Part shown: positions 1 to 13,150 of the stretch, one piece after another
Numbering within the stretch: position 1 is the first letter of the stretch
How the letters are laid out: each line of letters starts with the position of its first letter
Assembly: GCA_023213395.1 (NCBI GenBank)
Contig: CM041465.1
Span: 186,937,741 to 187,001,740, forward strand
Reading direction: 5' to 3'
From: Cycas panzhihuaensis
Taxonomy: Eukaryota > Plantae > Cycadophyta
DNA: 64,000 nt
Translations under genes and position numbers: made by a program
The notes under the pieces: generated by a model
What the model was told of the DNA's origin: nothing
Database searches by the model: none
Seen by the model: only the letters and a program-made list of their open reading frames with translations

Positions 1-2027
1 ATTAAACTTAAAAACTTCCTAAGTATGACTAATTATTGAAGGAAATTCATTTGCAAAATATGTTGATATTATACCTCCACTAAATAATCTGTTAAAAAAT
101 ACTACAACATTTTGTTGAAAAAATAATCATCAAAAGACCTTTGAAAAGCTAAAGGGAAAGGGCACTATTGCATTAGTCTTAACCCTACGCAATGTTAGAC
201 AAGCATTTGACATAGAAGCAAATGCCTCGACAATAGTAACAGGAATGTCATGATTGTGACAAGGACAACCAATCACTTATCATTCTAAAACCTTTTCAAG
301 GACAATTCTAAATTTCTCCACTTATTATAAAGAGATGCATGCACTAGACCAAGCAATAAAACAATGGAGACACTACTTACGAAAAAAAGAAACAATCATC
401 CATACCAACTATCAACTTACAATATTTGTAGACTCAATGAAAACTATAGAATAGCCAACATCTAAGATGGGCTAGTTATTTGCAACAATTTAACCTTGTA
501 ATAAAGTACAAAAAAGGGGTGCAAAATAAAATAGCAAAATTACTTTCTCATTCACAAATACTTAATTCAAACTCCATGGTAGAATTACAATGTTTTCAAT
601 TTGAAGAATCCAAAGAGCTATATGCTATAAATAATAACTTTGGCATAGTCATGCCAACTTTGAAAAACTTGACATGTCTTAAAAACAAATCTTATAAAGA
701 CTATTGGAGAAAGAATAGGCTATTATACAAATTACTTTAAGTGTGCCACAATTAAGTTATGGGAACCAATTAATCCAAAAGGGCCATCATTGAATATAGT
801 CTAACAATTTAGAGTTCAAAAGACTTTCAACAACTTACAAAGATACTTCTATTAGCCCAAGATGGTTGTAGAAGTTAAGATATTTATTAAAGGTTGTGCA
901 TTATGCAACATATCAAAACCTACCAATCAAAAGTTGGGACCATACATGCCTCCCCTAGTACCAACTAAGCCTTGGAAATCTACATCCATAGACTTTTTGA
1001 GGGGTCTACCAACTCCTGAAAAACAAAATGATTACCTATTTGTGATAGTTGACAAATTGAACAAAATGACAATACTTATAAAAATACACTAATTAGGCAA
1101 CAAATTGCAAATTTATTGTTCTCCCATGCATGGGTACAATTTGGATTACCCAAGCCCATTATCTTAGCCCAAGATATTTGATTCTCGCACCATTTTTGGA
1201 CCACATTGTGGACTATAATGGACACCTGATTAAAAAGAGGATGGTCAAACTAAGGTAGTAAATTGAGCTATAGTACAATTGATTCATATGTATAACCATA
1301 ATCATATGTGGATTTGGCATGATGTCATCCCTTACAACATTGTTATAATCAAGCAATATATAGCAGTTTAACGCAAAAGTCTCCACTTGAAGTTAGTTTG
1401 GAATTTCAACTACATACAATTTGGAGCTTGTTTTGTCATCACTAGAGCCTAAACTTGCAAAAGGAACTTAATTTCTAAAACATTCAAGACAAGTGCAAAC
1501 ATAGATACATAATATATTGTTAAAAATACAACAAAGCATGACCAACACCAATGACAACATAACTTCCATGTGGGAGATAAGGTATTGTTACATTTGCCTA
1601 GTGCATAATTTAAGAAAAAAGATGTGAAAGCTCAAACCATGCATTATAAACCTTTCAAGATAATAGGACAAATTGCTGAAAACGCATTCAAATTAGATCT
1701 ATTGTAGTGCATAAGAATACATCATATTTTTAATGTTAATAGTCTTAAACTATATGAACCTTCAATATTGAATTAGATTGAAGAGGAAATAACCTTAACT
1801 TTGCCTAAAGGGCTCATACTCAAAGATACCAATATACTATAGGTTGACAATATCCTACAAACCAAGTAAAGGAAAACACAAGGACAAGCAAAATTATATA
1901 ACATCAATTAAAATGGGAAAGCACCCTAAGCGAGCAAACTATATAACAAAGATCAAGTAACTATGCACTTCACTGAAGTTTATTGGCAAATGCATGATGA
2001 AGACCACCATACTTAAGAGAGAAGGCT
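1..2027 (+). mobile_element. Ty3/gypsy LTR retrotransposon, decayed pol 3' part (RNase H, integrase, probable chromodomain) ending in a PPT
   Basis: ORFs 480-740 (QQFNLVIKYKKGVQNKIA, RNase H end) and 862-1092 (CALCNISKP..PTKPWKSTSIDFLRGLP..DYLFVIVDK, integrase zinc finger and core). Many stops and frameshifts. Purine tract aagagagaagg just before 2028. Confidence 0.88.
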
Positions 2028-3299
2028 TGATCCAAGAAAGTCCAACTTGGTAGCAACTTAAGTCACAGTGGCACAAGTTGAAGTAACTAAGGTTGCAAAC
2101 AATAGATATACTAACACTTCAAGGGAAGTCAACTCGCAAGCAAGGAATAATGGCCCACAACAGCATGTTACCAGAATTGTAGTCTATTTAAAAAGCATCT
2201 ATAATATCAATGGGGGCGATGGGCAGGAAAAGCTCTGAGGCCCTTCTTCCTCCACTCTATCTTTCTAGGCTAAAAGCTCTTCCCCAAGGCCCCCATTATG
2301 CCCATAAAAATGTGGAGAGTGTAGGTGAGAACTTGCAAAAACTATGGGTTGTCGAGAGGAAGAAGTGGAGGATAGCATGGCTTTTCTCCACTCAAATCCT
2401 TGTTGTAGTAGTTAGGGTTTTACAGTTGCTCTATCTCATAAGACTTGCTATGGGTCAAGCATCATTCCTACTGAAAGACATCTCTCTTGAGGTGCAACTA
2501 CAAGATGAGAAGCTCAATGTGTGTGGATTTGGTTAGCAATGACACTCTCAAGGAGTTGTGTCAATTTAGGGTGCTCCTCATTGTGTGCAAGACAATGTGT
2601 TTGATTTATGATGACTCATGGTGGCTTGTATTGAAAACACGAGCTACAATAGGTTTTTTCTTTGTTATGGGCCTCTAAGGTTCTATGGCATCTCGTGCCC
2701 TTGCTTTTTGCATTCTTCGAAGTCAACCTAGGGAGGATCTCTACATCTAAGTGGTGGGAGTTATTATGTGATGGTGTGCATGCTCAAGCAGTGGGCTTTG
2801 TTTCAAAACTAGGTGTATGCCGGCGTTTGGGATCTATGGCTAAGGTCCAAGGTTGCGATATTTTGTAAGTTATCCACAACTACATTGTAGTTTGCAATTT
2901 GTCTTTTTTTGAGGTTGTGTTATTCTACCTCATAGCCTCAGGGACCCGATTTGGCCCCCATGCCTACAGTGAACTTCAAGATGTCATGATGTTTGGCTTG
3001 GCAACCTCTAAGGGCTCTAGATACCCTCATGATCTAGTGCAAGTTGTGGATTTGGGGCTTGTCTCCTTGTGTAATGTGTTTGAGAAAGCCTAAGGTCATG
3101 GTCTTGGGTTTGTGTTATGGTTTGTGTTTTGACCTTGCAACCTTTGGAACAATGACCTTGTGTCTGTGATCTATGGTCTAGTGCAAGTCCCTCCATAGGT
3201 GGCTTTAGCTATTCAAAGTCATCGTAGCCATGGTTTTTGATACCTAAAAAGTGGAGGGTAGGTATCCTTCAATACCACCCTCCCTCTTTTTGTTGATCA
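2028..3299 (+). repeat. 3' LTR (~1.27 kb) of the gypsy element at the window start
   Basis: Starts tgatc right after the PPT and ends gatca (terminal inverted repeat). Strong hairpin ggagggtaggtat..ataccaccctcc near its end. The partner LTR is outside the window, so the right boundary is inferred. Confidence 0.65.
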
Positions 3300-4117
3300 C
3301 ATGAAATATTTCCTATTTAATGATTATTGATGCATCTTTTCAAGAAATAGTAGTCGTAGCAATAATACTAATAATAATTGCAGCATGCTATGGATCATGT
3401 AGTATATTTTGTATAAGATGTATAGGGTTTACATGCTATCTTAGGATGTATTTGATGGTATACAATATAGTTTGTAAAAGATGTGTGGTGTTTTAAATTG
3501 TTTTCCCAAAATGCATTTCAAAGAACCACCAAGACTTTTGTCGTTATCTGTTAAAGTCAATGTATTTAATAATGTATTAAAAATCATTTCCAATGAAATT
3601 TAAAAAATAAAAAACAACAAATAAAAACAGGAAAAAAATAAAAGAAAGTATTTCAAGCCATTGGGTGTTTTCCCATTCAAAGATCTTTTGAATGTTCCTA
3701 ATGGCAAATACTTGCTAGATTTAGCAAAATTTAGAAGCGCAACTTTTAGAAACATAGCTAGCATCTAACAATACCATACTTGCATGGAAATGTATTCAGC
3801 GGGAATGGTTTGCTGCCCTTTCCCTTAAACGAGAATCTTCCTCCAACTGTAAATGGCTAGGAATAATATTTTTAATTAATTATATTGACCTTTGTTTATG
3901 TTTTTACCCTGACTGCCTCTCTTTACGCATCTTGATTGCTTTTATCCCTTCATGTGCTTACATGCAACTCTGCTTATCGCTTTTAGTGCAGTGAAGAATG
4001 CCATTGAGATTAGAGAAGTAATCTCATCAAAACTCGGGATTAAGGGGAAAATAATCTCATCGCTCTGTACCATACCCTAATGGATAAGTTTGCAAAAGAT
4101 CACAGTCCTTTCTCTTT

Positions 4118-4142
4118 CCCCCCCCCCCCCCCCCCCCCCCCC
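4118..4142 (-). repeat. C25 homopolymer (G25 on the FANCI sense strand), ~390 nt downstream of the stop codon
   Basis: Direct count of 25 consecutive C. Confidence 0.95.
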
Positions 4143-4534
4143 AAAATGAAGTCTCCATTAAAATCAGCGTAGAAAGCCATTGTCATAATTCGTTTCCATT
4201 GCCTAAGAAAATTCAATTGAACGGTGTCCCATTTTCTTAGGGTGTGCATGTACTTATTGCTTGCACAAGCTTCCCAACTGACCTGTAATCCAGTCCAACC
4301 TTTCACAAGACCTCAAGCCATATTCTTCATTGACTTTATTTTTCTACAGAGGGCACCTTGAGGGCACTCAAATTATTTAGTATGTCTGGATCAATGACAC
4401 TATAACAAATTCCATGCAAACTAGAAATATTCCATACACACTAGAAATGATCCCTGGCTAACAATCTCAATTTCTGAACAAAATCACATACATGTGTTTT
4501 CTTCTCTATGTTTTTTTGTGTGTCTAGGTCATGG

Positions 4535-4981
4535 TTATTCTTCATCAGAATCCTGGACAATACTACTAATTTTTCGCTTCCGTGTCATTTTTATTTTCAT
4601 CCCCAAGTCATTATCACTATCAGATTTGTTTCCCTCGGCAACTGCATTGCATTCAGAAGCAGGAATGCCCTGGGAGCCCTCTGCTTCATCCCTTTCAGAT
4701 TCCTCTTCTGATTCATTAACAGAAACAGCAGCATCTGATTGATGAGGTTCCTCAGATTGATTGTTGATTTCTTGCTGTTTTTTTTTGCCACTATCTAGGA
4801 TCTTAAAGTCCCGGGCAGTGCTGCGCTTAGCATGTCTCATAAGATTGACTTTTGTGAGCTTGCTAAGCTGGATGAGATATTTTTCATAGTCCTCCATATG
4901 GAAAATCAAATTGGGAATGGTTTTACATTCCCTTTTGATCTTGTTTGCCACACCTTTTTCCTGTACATTTTCTTGCTGATC
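4535..4981 (-). CDS. FANCI: FANCI terminal coding exon (C-terminal conserved block plus acidic/basic tail)
   Basis: [48 protein letters not shown] matches the FANCI C-terminal block as I recall it (human: [45 protein letters not shown]). Acceptor ttgcag|GAT at 4982/4981, phase 0. Stop TAA at 4537-4535. Confidence 0.93.
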   Translation of the reverse strand, partial: DQQENVQEKGVANKIKRECKTIPNLIFHMEDYEKYLIQLSKLTKVNLMRHAKRSTARDFKILDSGKKKQQEINNQSEEPHQSDAAVSVNESEEESERDEAEGSQGIPASECNAVAEGNKSDSDNDLGMKIKMTRKRKISSIVQDSDEE

Positions 4982-5169
4982 CTGCAATGACCCAGAAAAA
5001 ACACAAGTTCCCCTGAAAGCCCCCTCTTAACAAGCAAGTTCATTCTTCAGTAAAATAGCTGCAGAAAATGAAAACGATAATGGAAGGCTCTCGGGAACAG
5101 TAGACAATCTCCTCAAATCAGAGTCTCTGAACATATTAAACATGATACTGCCTCAACATACATACGTAC

Positions 5170-5360
5170 CCTTTGCATCACAGCCATGAATTTATATAGA
5201 GGAGCAGTAAGCTTTTTGCATGTCACTTCTGCAAGCATCTGAAATTTACTAGTTGGCAATGTTTGTTTGTAGCCTTTGGGAGCAATGCAGAACTTTGTCA
5301 TAGCAGCTAAAATCTTATAAAGCCTTGAAGCCACTCTCAAGAAGTGCTCTGCTAGAGCAG
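5170..5360 (-). CDS. FANCI: FANCI penultimate coding exon
   Basis: Acceptor tcacag|CT at 5361/5360 (phase 1) and donor AGG|gtacgt at 5170/5169 (phase 0). Encodes (T)ALAEHFLRVASRLYKILAAMTKFCIAPKGYKQTLPTSKFQMLAEVTCKKLTAPLYKFMAVMQR. The 191-nt length keeps the frame. Confidence 0.9.
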
Positions 5361-5464
5361 CTGTGACATTGAAACAACACATGATGACAAATTTCAGAAT
5401 AAATAGACTTGAGAATGCTGAGTGAAGCAATAAAAGAAAGATAAGTAGGGAATGAAATTCTTAC

Positions 5465-5978
5465 TCTTAAGACTCATCTCCGTGAAGACAGAAAGCATCT
5501 GCACCAGAGACTCTACTCTAGAATGCAATGTTTCCTCCAAAACCAATCGCGGAGCATTTCCTCGTCTTTGGCCATTGGCATCAACATCCGAAAGTTCCAG
5601 ATTTCCCACTATAGGATGCACTTTCAGTTTCAAGATAAGCCAATCCACATCAACAAGAATAGTCTCAGCAAGCTGGAGTAACAAAGTAGCGATACTATTT
5701 CTTGTTGAAGCATTGATGATAGCATATGTCTCTGATATATCTACAGCATGCCTTTCATCTGATCCCATAACCTTCAGCAATTCACATGCCATTTCTTGGG
5801 CCACAGTAAGGTCTAATGGAGGCATGCTTAGGTAGACTGCTAATGTTGCTAAGGCGCGGGATGCTCCATTGTGCATTACTTTTACACTTCTACAAGTAAG
5901 CTCAGCCCAATTACCATGCACCTTTCTAAGATGAGAAGGCAATTTGCTACCCAATAGCAGCATAGTGCCAGATAGTAC
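5465..5978 (-). CDS. FANCI: FANCI antepenultimate coding exon
   Basis: Acceptor cttcag|GTA at 5979/5978 and donor AAGA|gtaaga at 5465/5464. The 514-nt open frame (VLSGTMLLLGSKLP...FTEMSLK) ends in phase 1, matching the next exon. Helical-solenoid-like composition. Confidence 0.88.
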
Positions 5979-6077
5979 CTGAAGTCAAGAATGGTAGAAA
6001 ACGTTAAAGATTATGTTTGCTTCTAGATACTGTCAAAAGAGAGAGATATAAGAAACTTTCATCTCTGTATCAAGCAT

Positions 6078-6310
6078 TATATTTCTCTGAATATATACAG
6101 CTCAATATCTATGAGACATATCCCACCCAATTTAATTTGTTGGATCAGTGAACTTCATGGAAAAATGTGGTGGGGTTCAGTTTACAAAAATTGTATATAT
6201 TTTTCTAAATATATACAGGTCAACATATGAAACACATCCCAGCCAAATTGATTCGATGGGTTAATCACTTAATGGTAAGGGATAGTGAGGTTCAGTCTAC
6301 GAAAGTTAAT
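6078..6310. repeat. Old tandem duplication, ~118-bp unit x2
   Basis: atatttctctgaatatatacagctcaa...ggggttcagtttacaaaa is followed by atatttttctaaatatatacaggtcaa...gaggttcagtctacgaaa. Confidence 0.6.
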
Positions 6311-7422
6311 TTGATGTTTATCCAACCTCAGGAGATGTGTTAAAATTTTATGAAACAACTTATGCAGAAACTGTAATACAAAACTAAAATTTATTGCACA
6401 GAATAATAACTTATGTAATAAACTAGAAGGAATGTGAAGCACTCATAACAACATTACTTGTAATGAACAATAAATGAAATATGAAACATTCATGAGATGT
6501 TTAAAATAAGCATTCAAACACAATAATAAAGATATGTACACATCAATATAGCACAACAATCACACAAAAATGATATCATTATGAGACACCAGATTTATAT
6601 GTGGAAAAATCTAAAAGAGGAAAACCACGAGAAAAAGGTGGAGTTTAGCTCTCTCCATTACCTCGCCTTATCTCAAATGTTCAAATGATGTGTGTATATA
6701 TTTATAGATCCATCACCTCATGTGTTAGCTAATAGTTTTATGATGATACATCAACCAACAAACTCGTGTAAGAACCTTTCACATCAACCAATAACGATTC
6801 ATTCTAATTCAACTACTAATTAAACATTATATCGATGTTCATGAAACTCAATATTCCAACGCTCCCCCTTTATATTTAATTTGTGAAATTCTTCAAATAT
6901 CTCCATCTTCATGTGAGATTTTCATGTTGAATCACTTGCTCATCATGTGTCTCGTATCACCTATGTCATTTATAAATGTCAATCATCAAATATATCTCCA
7001 TTGTTTGTTTTCCTACAAGCAAATGTCATCAACGTATCACTTATATCATAACACCATCTGTAAACCATCAACAATCAAACATGACTCACAACTTGCCATG
7101 ATATATGAAGTCTCTTTTTAACTTCATATCTTCCACCTGTAAACTGCAAAACAAACTTATCAACTTCATCAATCAACCAAATTCACTGATGTCCACATAA
7201 AACAACCACCACCTACCAAAATGCAAAGGTAACCAATCGCTGCAATTGCTAGTTAACTTGGAAGTATCTCTCATACATTGTTCATCAACATCATAACAAA
7301 ACACAACATACTGCAGTTAACAAGAGTAGCTTGTGAATCTTCTCTTGTCTCTTATCCTAAGAGATATGTAAAAACCCGTTTTGCCTCTATCGGCAATTCT
7401 GCACAAGATAACTCTTGTAGCT

Positions 7423-10400
7423 TGTTGGAATATAATGTTTTATCCTAAGGGGGCAATGTGTTTAAGACCCTCATTGTATTTAATTCTTATGTTTAATGTT
7501 ACAATCATGTAACTGTTACAAGTCTGTTGTATATAAAGGAGGTTTCTCTCCATCAATAGGCGGAGTCTAATTCCATTCTTCCTCACAGTTGAGGGTCTAA
7601 TTTTTTGCATGGTATCAGAGCAGGGAAATCTACCTGACTGAAGAGAAATAGTCATAGGGTTGTTGAAGAAATTTATAATACTCGAAGGCAAAGATAGATT
7701 CAAAGTGTTAAAGACAAAGATCGAAGTCCAGAAGGCCGAAAGACTACAGAAATTCCACTATAAGGAACCGTACGGACTTGTATAGACAGTTTTTTGAAGG
7801 TTGTCAAAATTCGACTAAACTTGGTCAAATTAAAGATCTCATTGAGGGCATCACTTTCTTCAACTGTGACGAATTGATTCGAAGTCGTTTTGAGGTTGTT
7901 TTGCCCCTTTGAGCAGTCCGCGCAAATTTAGAGCTTCTAGAGTAGATTTCTTTAGAATCTCTTCAAATTGTTGGGTAATACCTGTTCCAAACTCATTGTC
8001 TTTGCCATACAAAGAGATTAAGTCCAATTTTGAAGGAGTTTTTCTCAAATTTGAAGTTTTTTTAGCATTTTTTCAAAAAACCCTAGCCGTCAATTTTGAC
8101 CTTTCAGGTTAGTTTTCTCCCAAACCAGAAACTGCCTTAAAAATCTAACTGCAGATCTGAACTCGGCTTGAAATTCTCTTCGATTTGACATACTTATCTC
8201 TCAAATCCGTACACTTTGATTTTTGAACAGAAATCTATACGATCGTACAACTTGGTATTAGTTGCAAGCTTCAAAACCTCTGATATTTATTCTTTTGACT
8301 CTGTTAGTCTTCTTAAATCTGCCCTCAACTTAGTTCACCATGGCATCCTTGATTTCAAGCCTAAGTGACATTGATAAATTGACCGGAAATAACTATAATA
8401 TATGTTGGATTAAAATGGAAGCCCTCTTACGTGCTAAAAATGTGTGGAAACCGACCATAGGAGAAGAAAAAGCGCCCGATGTTGGAGGAGATACTCAAAA
8501 GAATTGGAAAGAAAGAAATAATGTAGGAGTGATAACGTTAAAACTGTCTGTTTCTGATTATTTATTGATATATACAAACAAACTAAACACTTGTTCTCAA
8601 ATCTGGAAAACCCTAGAAAATCTCTATGCTCAAAAGCATAGAGGAAGGGTTATTACTCTGAAAGAAGAATTGTTTAAATTGGTTATGAAAGAAACAGACA
8701 TTGTAGCTGACTTTATTCACAAGGTTACCACTATCCAAAATGAACTTCTAAGTACTGGGTAAGAGATTTCAGAAAAGGAAATTGTTGAAATGGTAGCAGG
8801 AAAACTTCCCAAAGCCTTTGATGTGACCATTAATACCATCACCAACACCGACATAATTGAAGAAATATCACTTGATGATCTGACTGGCATGTTGATGAGA
8901 TAGGAACAAAGGAACAGAAGATACGGAGATGAAATAGAAGATGCCTTTGCAACAAGACTCAACATAGGAAGCTCAAGAGGAAAAAGGTGCTTCAGAGGAA
9001 AAGGACGCACATCCGAGTTCAGGACTCCTTCACGTAGAAGATGGTTAGAAAATCGAGGTCGGGGTTGCATGTACACTCCAAGAGATGCTCAGGTTTGCAT
9101 CCACTGCAGCAAACATGGTCACTTTTCAAGTCAATGTTGGATATTTGACATCTGCTATCACTGCAGACAGTTGGGGCACTATCCATATCAATGTCGTCAA
9201 AGAAGAGATGAGATTTAGAGAGGGAAAAGACCTGTCGACAACTACAGTAAGGAACAATTAGAGGAGGAAGAAGAAGAAACAACTTTCGTTGTTGCTCTAT
9301 CAGCTAGTCTTCATGACTCTGATGTATAGTTCATCGACGCAGGGGCGTCCAGGCACATGACAAACAGAAAGGATTAGTTCGAGTCAATCAAAAGCTATTC
9401 ATCAAAGGTGGTCGAGCTTGGAGATAAGTACCCTTTGCGTATTGAAGGAGTAGGAACTATTGCCATAAACCTGTAAGGTTCTGTTAAAAAAATTTGGGAA
9501 TGTACTCTTTGTACCTGAACTCAAGATAAATCTCCTGTCAGTATCTCAACTAAGCAACAAGGGCTTGAGAACCATTTTTGATGAAAAGGGAATGTGCTAT
9601 GTGTCGGATATGAAAAATGGAGATGTTGTCATTGCCAAGGGAGTGAAGTACAATGATCTGTACAAATTGTTATCCATTCATGTTGATCCCAACATAGATG
9701 TAAAAGCATTCTCTGTTGTAAATCTCAATAATAACAAAGTATGGCATTTGAAGTATGGACATCTTCCCTTGGATAAATTAAAAATGATGAAGAAAAATAA
9801 TGTAGTAAATGGTCTTCCTTCCATCTCATTAGAAGATTTTGTTTGCAAAGGTTGTCAATGTGGAAAACAACATAGTTTTCCCTTTAGAGTTAATAAATGG
9901 CATGCTCAAGAGAAACTAGAGTTAAGACACGTAGACTTGTGTGGTCCTCTAACACCTCTGTCTGTAAATGGTTCTAGATATTTCTTAAGCTTCATTAATG
10001 ATTCCACCAGAAAAGTGTGGGTGTATTTCATTCATAATGAGTCACATGTGTTTGATACATTTAAGGAATTCAAAGCTGAGGTAGAGTTAGAATCAGGATG
10101 TAAAATTAAATGTATCAAGTCTGACAATGGAGGGGAATATATCTCAAAGGAATTCCTCGACTTCTGTAAAGCCAGGGGAATTCGGAGACAGTTCACAACT
10201 CCTCATACACCTCAGTCAAATGGTGTAGTTGAACGAAAGAATAGAACCATAATGGAAATGGCTAAGAGTATGATCCATGAAAAACAAGTTTCGAGGACCC
10301 TCTTTGTAGGCAAGAATGCATCTGACTTGTTACCTTATCAATCGAAGTCCAACAACAGCACTGCAGAAGATAACTCTAGAAGAAGCCTAGACTAGAAGAA

Positions 10401-12608
10401 AGCTTGATGTAAGTAATTTAAGAATCTTTGGTAGTCAGGCCTTTGTACATATTCCAGATAAATCTAGGACAAAACTAGATTCAAAATGCATATAATGTGT
10501 TATGGTACGGTATAGTAAAAACTCAAAAGGGTACAAATTCATAGATCCCAAGATAAATAAAATCTATGTAAGTAGAGATGTAGTCTTTAATGAAGATTTT
10601 CCATCTGAGGTCAAGTCTCCAATACAAACAATTGAAGGAATGCACATAATCGAACCTCAAGAAGAACTAGTTGCTGAAGAATCAGGAGTGACAACTGAAC
10701 TAGAATTGGAAGAATCTGAATTTATTAAAGAAGAACCTTCATCAGAAGAATCAGCTTCAGAAGCACCACAAAAAAAGGTACCAAAATGGTACATCAAAAC
10801 CATAGAAGATGGAAAAGGAAATATATTCACACATAGGACCAGAAGTCAACAACAACATCAAGCCCTCTTCAGCAAACTATAGCCACAATCATTTGAAGAA
10901 GCGAAAGAGCATGCGGAGTGGAGAACAGCCATGGATACAGAGGTGGATGCCATAGCCAAGAATCAAACATGGAACCTAATAGAACTGCCTCCAAATAAGC
11001 CAATAGTCAATTGCAAATGGGTATACAAGGTAAACAAGGGTGTAGATGGAAAAATAGAAAAATTCAAAGCAAGACTTGTGGCAAAAGGGTACACCCAGAT
11101 TGTTGGAATTGACTTTGATGAAACTTTTTCACCTGTGGAAAAAATGAACATAGTTCGAACGATGATAGCACTAGCAACTCAAAAGAACTGAAAAATCTAC
11201 TAGTTAGATGTCAAAAGTGCCTTTCTGCATGGAGAACTGGAAGAAGAAGTTTACATGCACCAACCCGAAGGCTATGTCCAGTCTGGATAAGAACACCTGG
11301 TATGTAAACTCAAAAGGGCACTGTATGGTTTGAAACAAGCCCCTAGGGCATGGTACGTTAGACTAGACCAGCATCTATCTCAAAATGGCTTCCAAAGGAG
11401 CAACTCTAATTCAAGTCTCTACATAAAAAGAAATGATGGAACAATTTCAATTATAGTCGTCTATGTCGATGATATGATACTCACTAGAGATGACACCAAG
11501 TCTATCTCAAACATAAAAAGTCAGTTAGAAAAGGATTTTGAAATGACTAACTTGGGTCCTTTGAGCTACTATCTAGGAATAGAAATTGAGCAAAATGAAA
11601 ATCATATTGCACTCTCACAAGGCAAGTATATTAGAGATTTGTTGGCTAAGTTTCAAATGGAGAACTGCAACAAGTGTGCAACCCCTATGGAAGTTAGCTA
11701 CAATCTATTCCTAAAAGAAGGAGAGCCTTCAGTTGATTGCACACACTTTATAGACAGTTGATTGGAAGTCTTATTTACCTCACTACCACAAGACCTGACA
11801 TCTCACATTTAGTAGGTCTGGTTTCCAGATATATGCAGGAGCCCAAGCTAAAACATTGGAAGGCTGCAAAAAGAATACTTAGATACCTGAAAGGAACAAC
11901 AGATCTAAAACGAGTATACAACAAAGAAAAGTCAACACAATTGATTGGGTACTGCGATTCTGATTGGGCAGGTGATAAGGATACTAGAAGATCCACCAGT
12001 GAATATTGTTTCTTCCTTGGGTCAGCGGCCATTTCATGGTGCAGTAAAAAGCAACCCATTGTTGCACTTTTTTCAACCAAAGCAAAATACAAATCAGCAG
12101 TTAGTGCAACTTGTGAAGCTCTCTAGCTCCAACAACTACTAAGAGACATGAATCAACTGCAACAAGAACCAACGATGCTACTCTGTGATAATCAAAGCGC
12201 AATTAAGCTAGCCAAAAATCCTGTCTTACATGCACAAACAAAGCACATAGAAGTACACCATCACTTCATTCGAGAAAAGGTACAAAATAAAGACATCGAT
12301 ATAACATATTGTCCAACAATGGATCAAGCTATAGATATATTAACAAAATCCCTTGGGAGAGAGAAGTTTGAAACTCTCAGAGAAAGATTAGCTTTAAAAA
12401 GGATAAAACATTAAAATAGGGTGTTAGAATATAATGTTTTATCCTAAGGGGGCAATGTGTTTAAGACCCTCATTATATTTAATTCTTATGTTTAATGTTA
12501 CAATCATGTAACGGTTACAAGTCTGTTGTATATAAAGGAGGTTTCTCTCCATCAATAGGCGGAGTCTAATTCCATTCTTTCTCACAATTGAGGGTTTGAT
12601 TTTCTACA
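7423..12608 (+). mobile_element. Full-length Ty1/copia element A (5186 bp), inactivated gag-pol
   Basis: 187-bp LTRs 7423-7609 and 12422-12608 (9 differences), TG..CA ends, perfect TSD tagct, PBS tggtatcagagc at 7610. gag from 8340, protease DAGAS ~9337, integrase 9565-10395 (SDNGGEY), RT 10931-11761 (VYVDD), RNase H to 12414. Confidence 0.97.
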
Positions 12609-12974
12609 TAGCTTTCTTTGGCAACCAATCACTCTCAATCAATTCTCAAACTAATTAACTCTAAGAATAGGGCATACCACTTGATCTATCAAATCCATTA
12701 CAACAAGGTAACATGTGTAACGTGTTCCACGTCACTTGTCATACATGATTATCAAAATTATCACTAAAAATATATATCAGTTGAACTCCTCAATAGTTGA
12801 ACATGGTTTTATAAATAGCTTTCAACTATTATTGCCAATTACATCAAACAATCAAACTTATAAGAGCTCTCCATGTCTCATATCAAGTGGGTAACTCAAC
12901 AATTCAAACTCAAACAAAACCAATATCAAATAACTAATGAATAATCCAACTCTCAATCAATCAAGTGATGTGTC

Positions 12975-13150
12975 CATCAAACCAAATCATGTAGCAAACT
13001 AGGTGATTTCATCATCTTTCCATCAATTTTATGTCAAATTACATATAATTAAATCCCAATCAATTAGATGTTGTGTCCTTCATCAAATCAAATCATGTAG
13101 AAAGCTAGGTGATTTCATCATCTTTCTATCAACTTTATGTCAAATTACAT
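12975..13150. repeat. Direct repeat (~70 bp, ~106-bp period) inside element B
   Basis: catcaaaccaaatcatgtagcaaactaggtgatttcatcatctttc...gtcaaattacat recurs at 13081. Confidence 0.75.

Noticed and set aside
2210-3093. Chain of ORFs (108, 63, 68 and 64 aa)
   Set aside because: They lie inside the gypsy LTR, have no recognisable domains and are consistent with chance ORFs.
4494-5835. Plus-strand ORFs 4494-4742, 4508-4711 and 5452-5835
   Set aside because: Antisense shadows of FANCI exons with no independent gene signals.
8340-12414. Potentially active copia gag-pol in the least diverged element (A)
   Set aside because: Multiple in-frame stops (for example TGG>TAG before FIDAGAS) and frameshifts; no element in the window is coding-intact.
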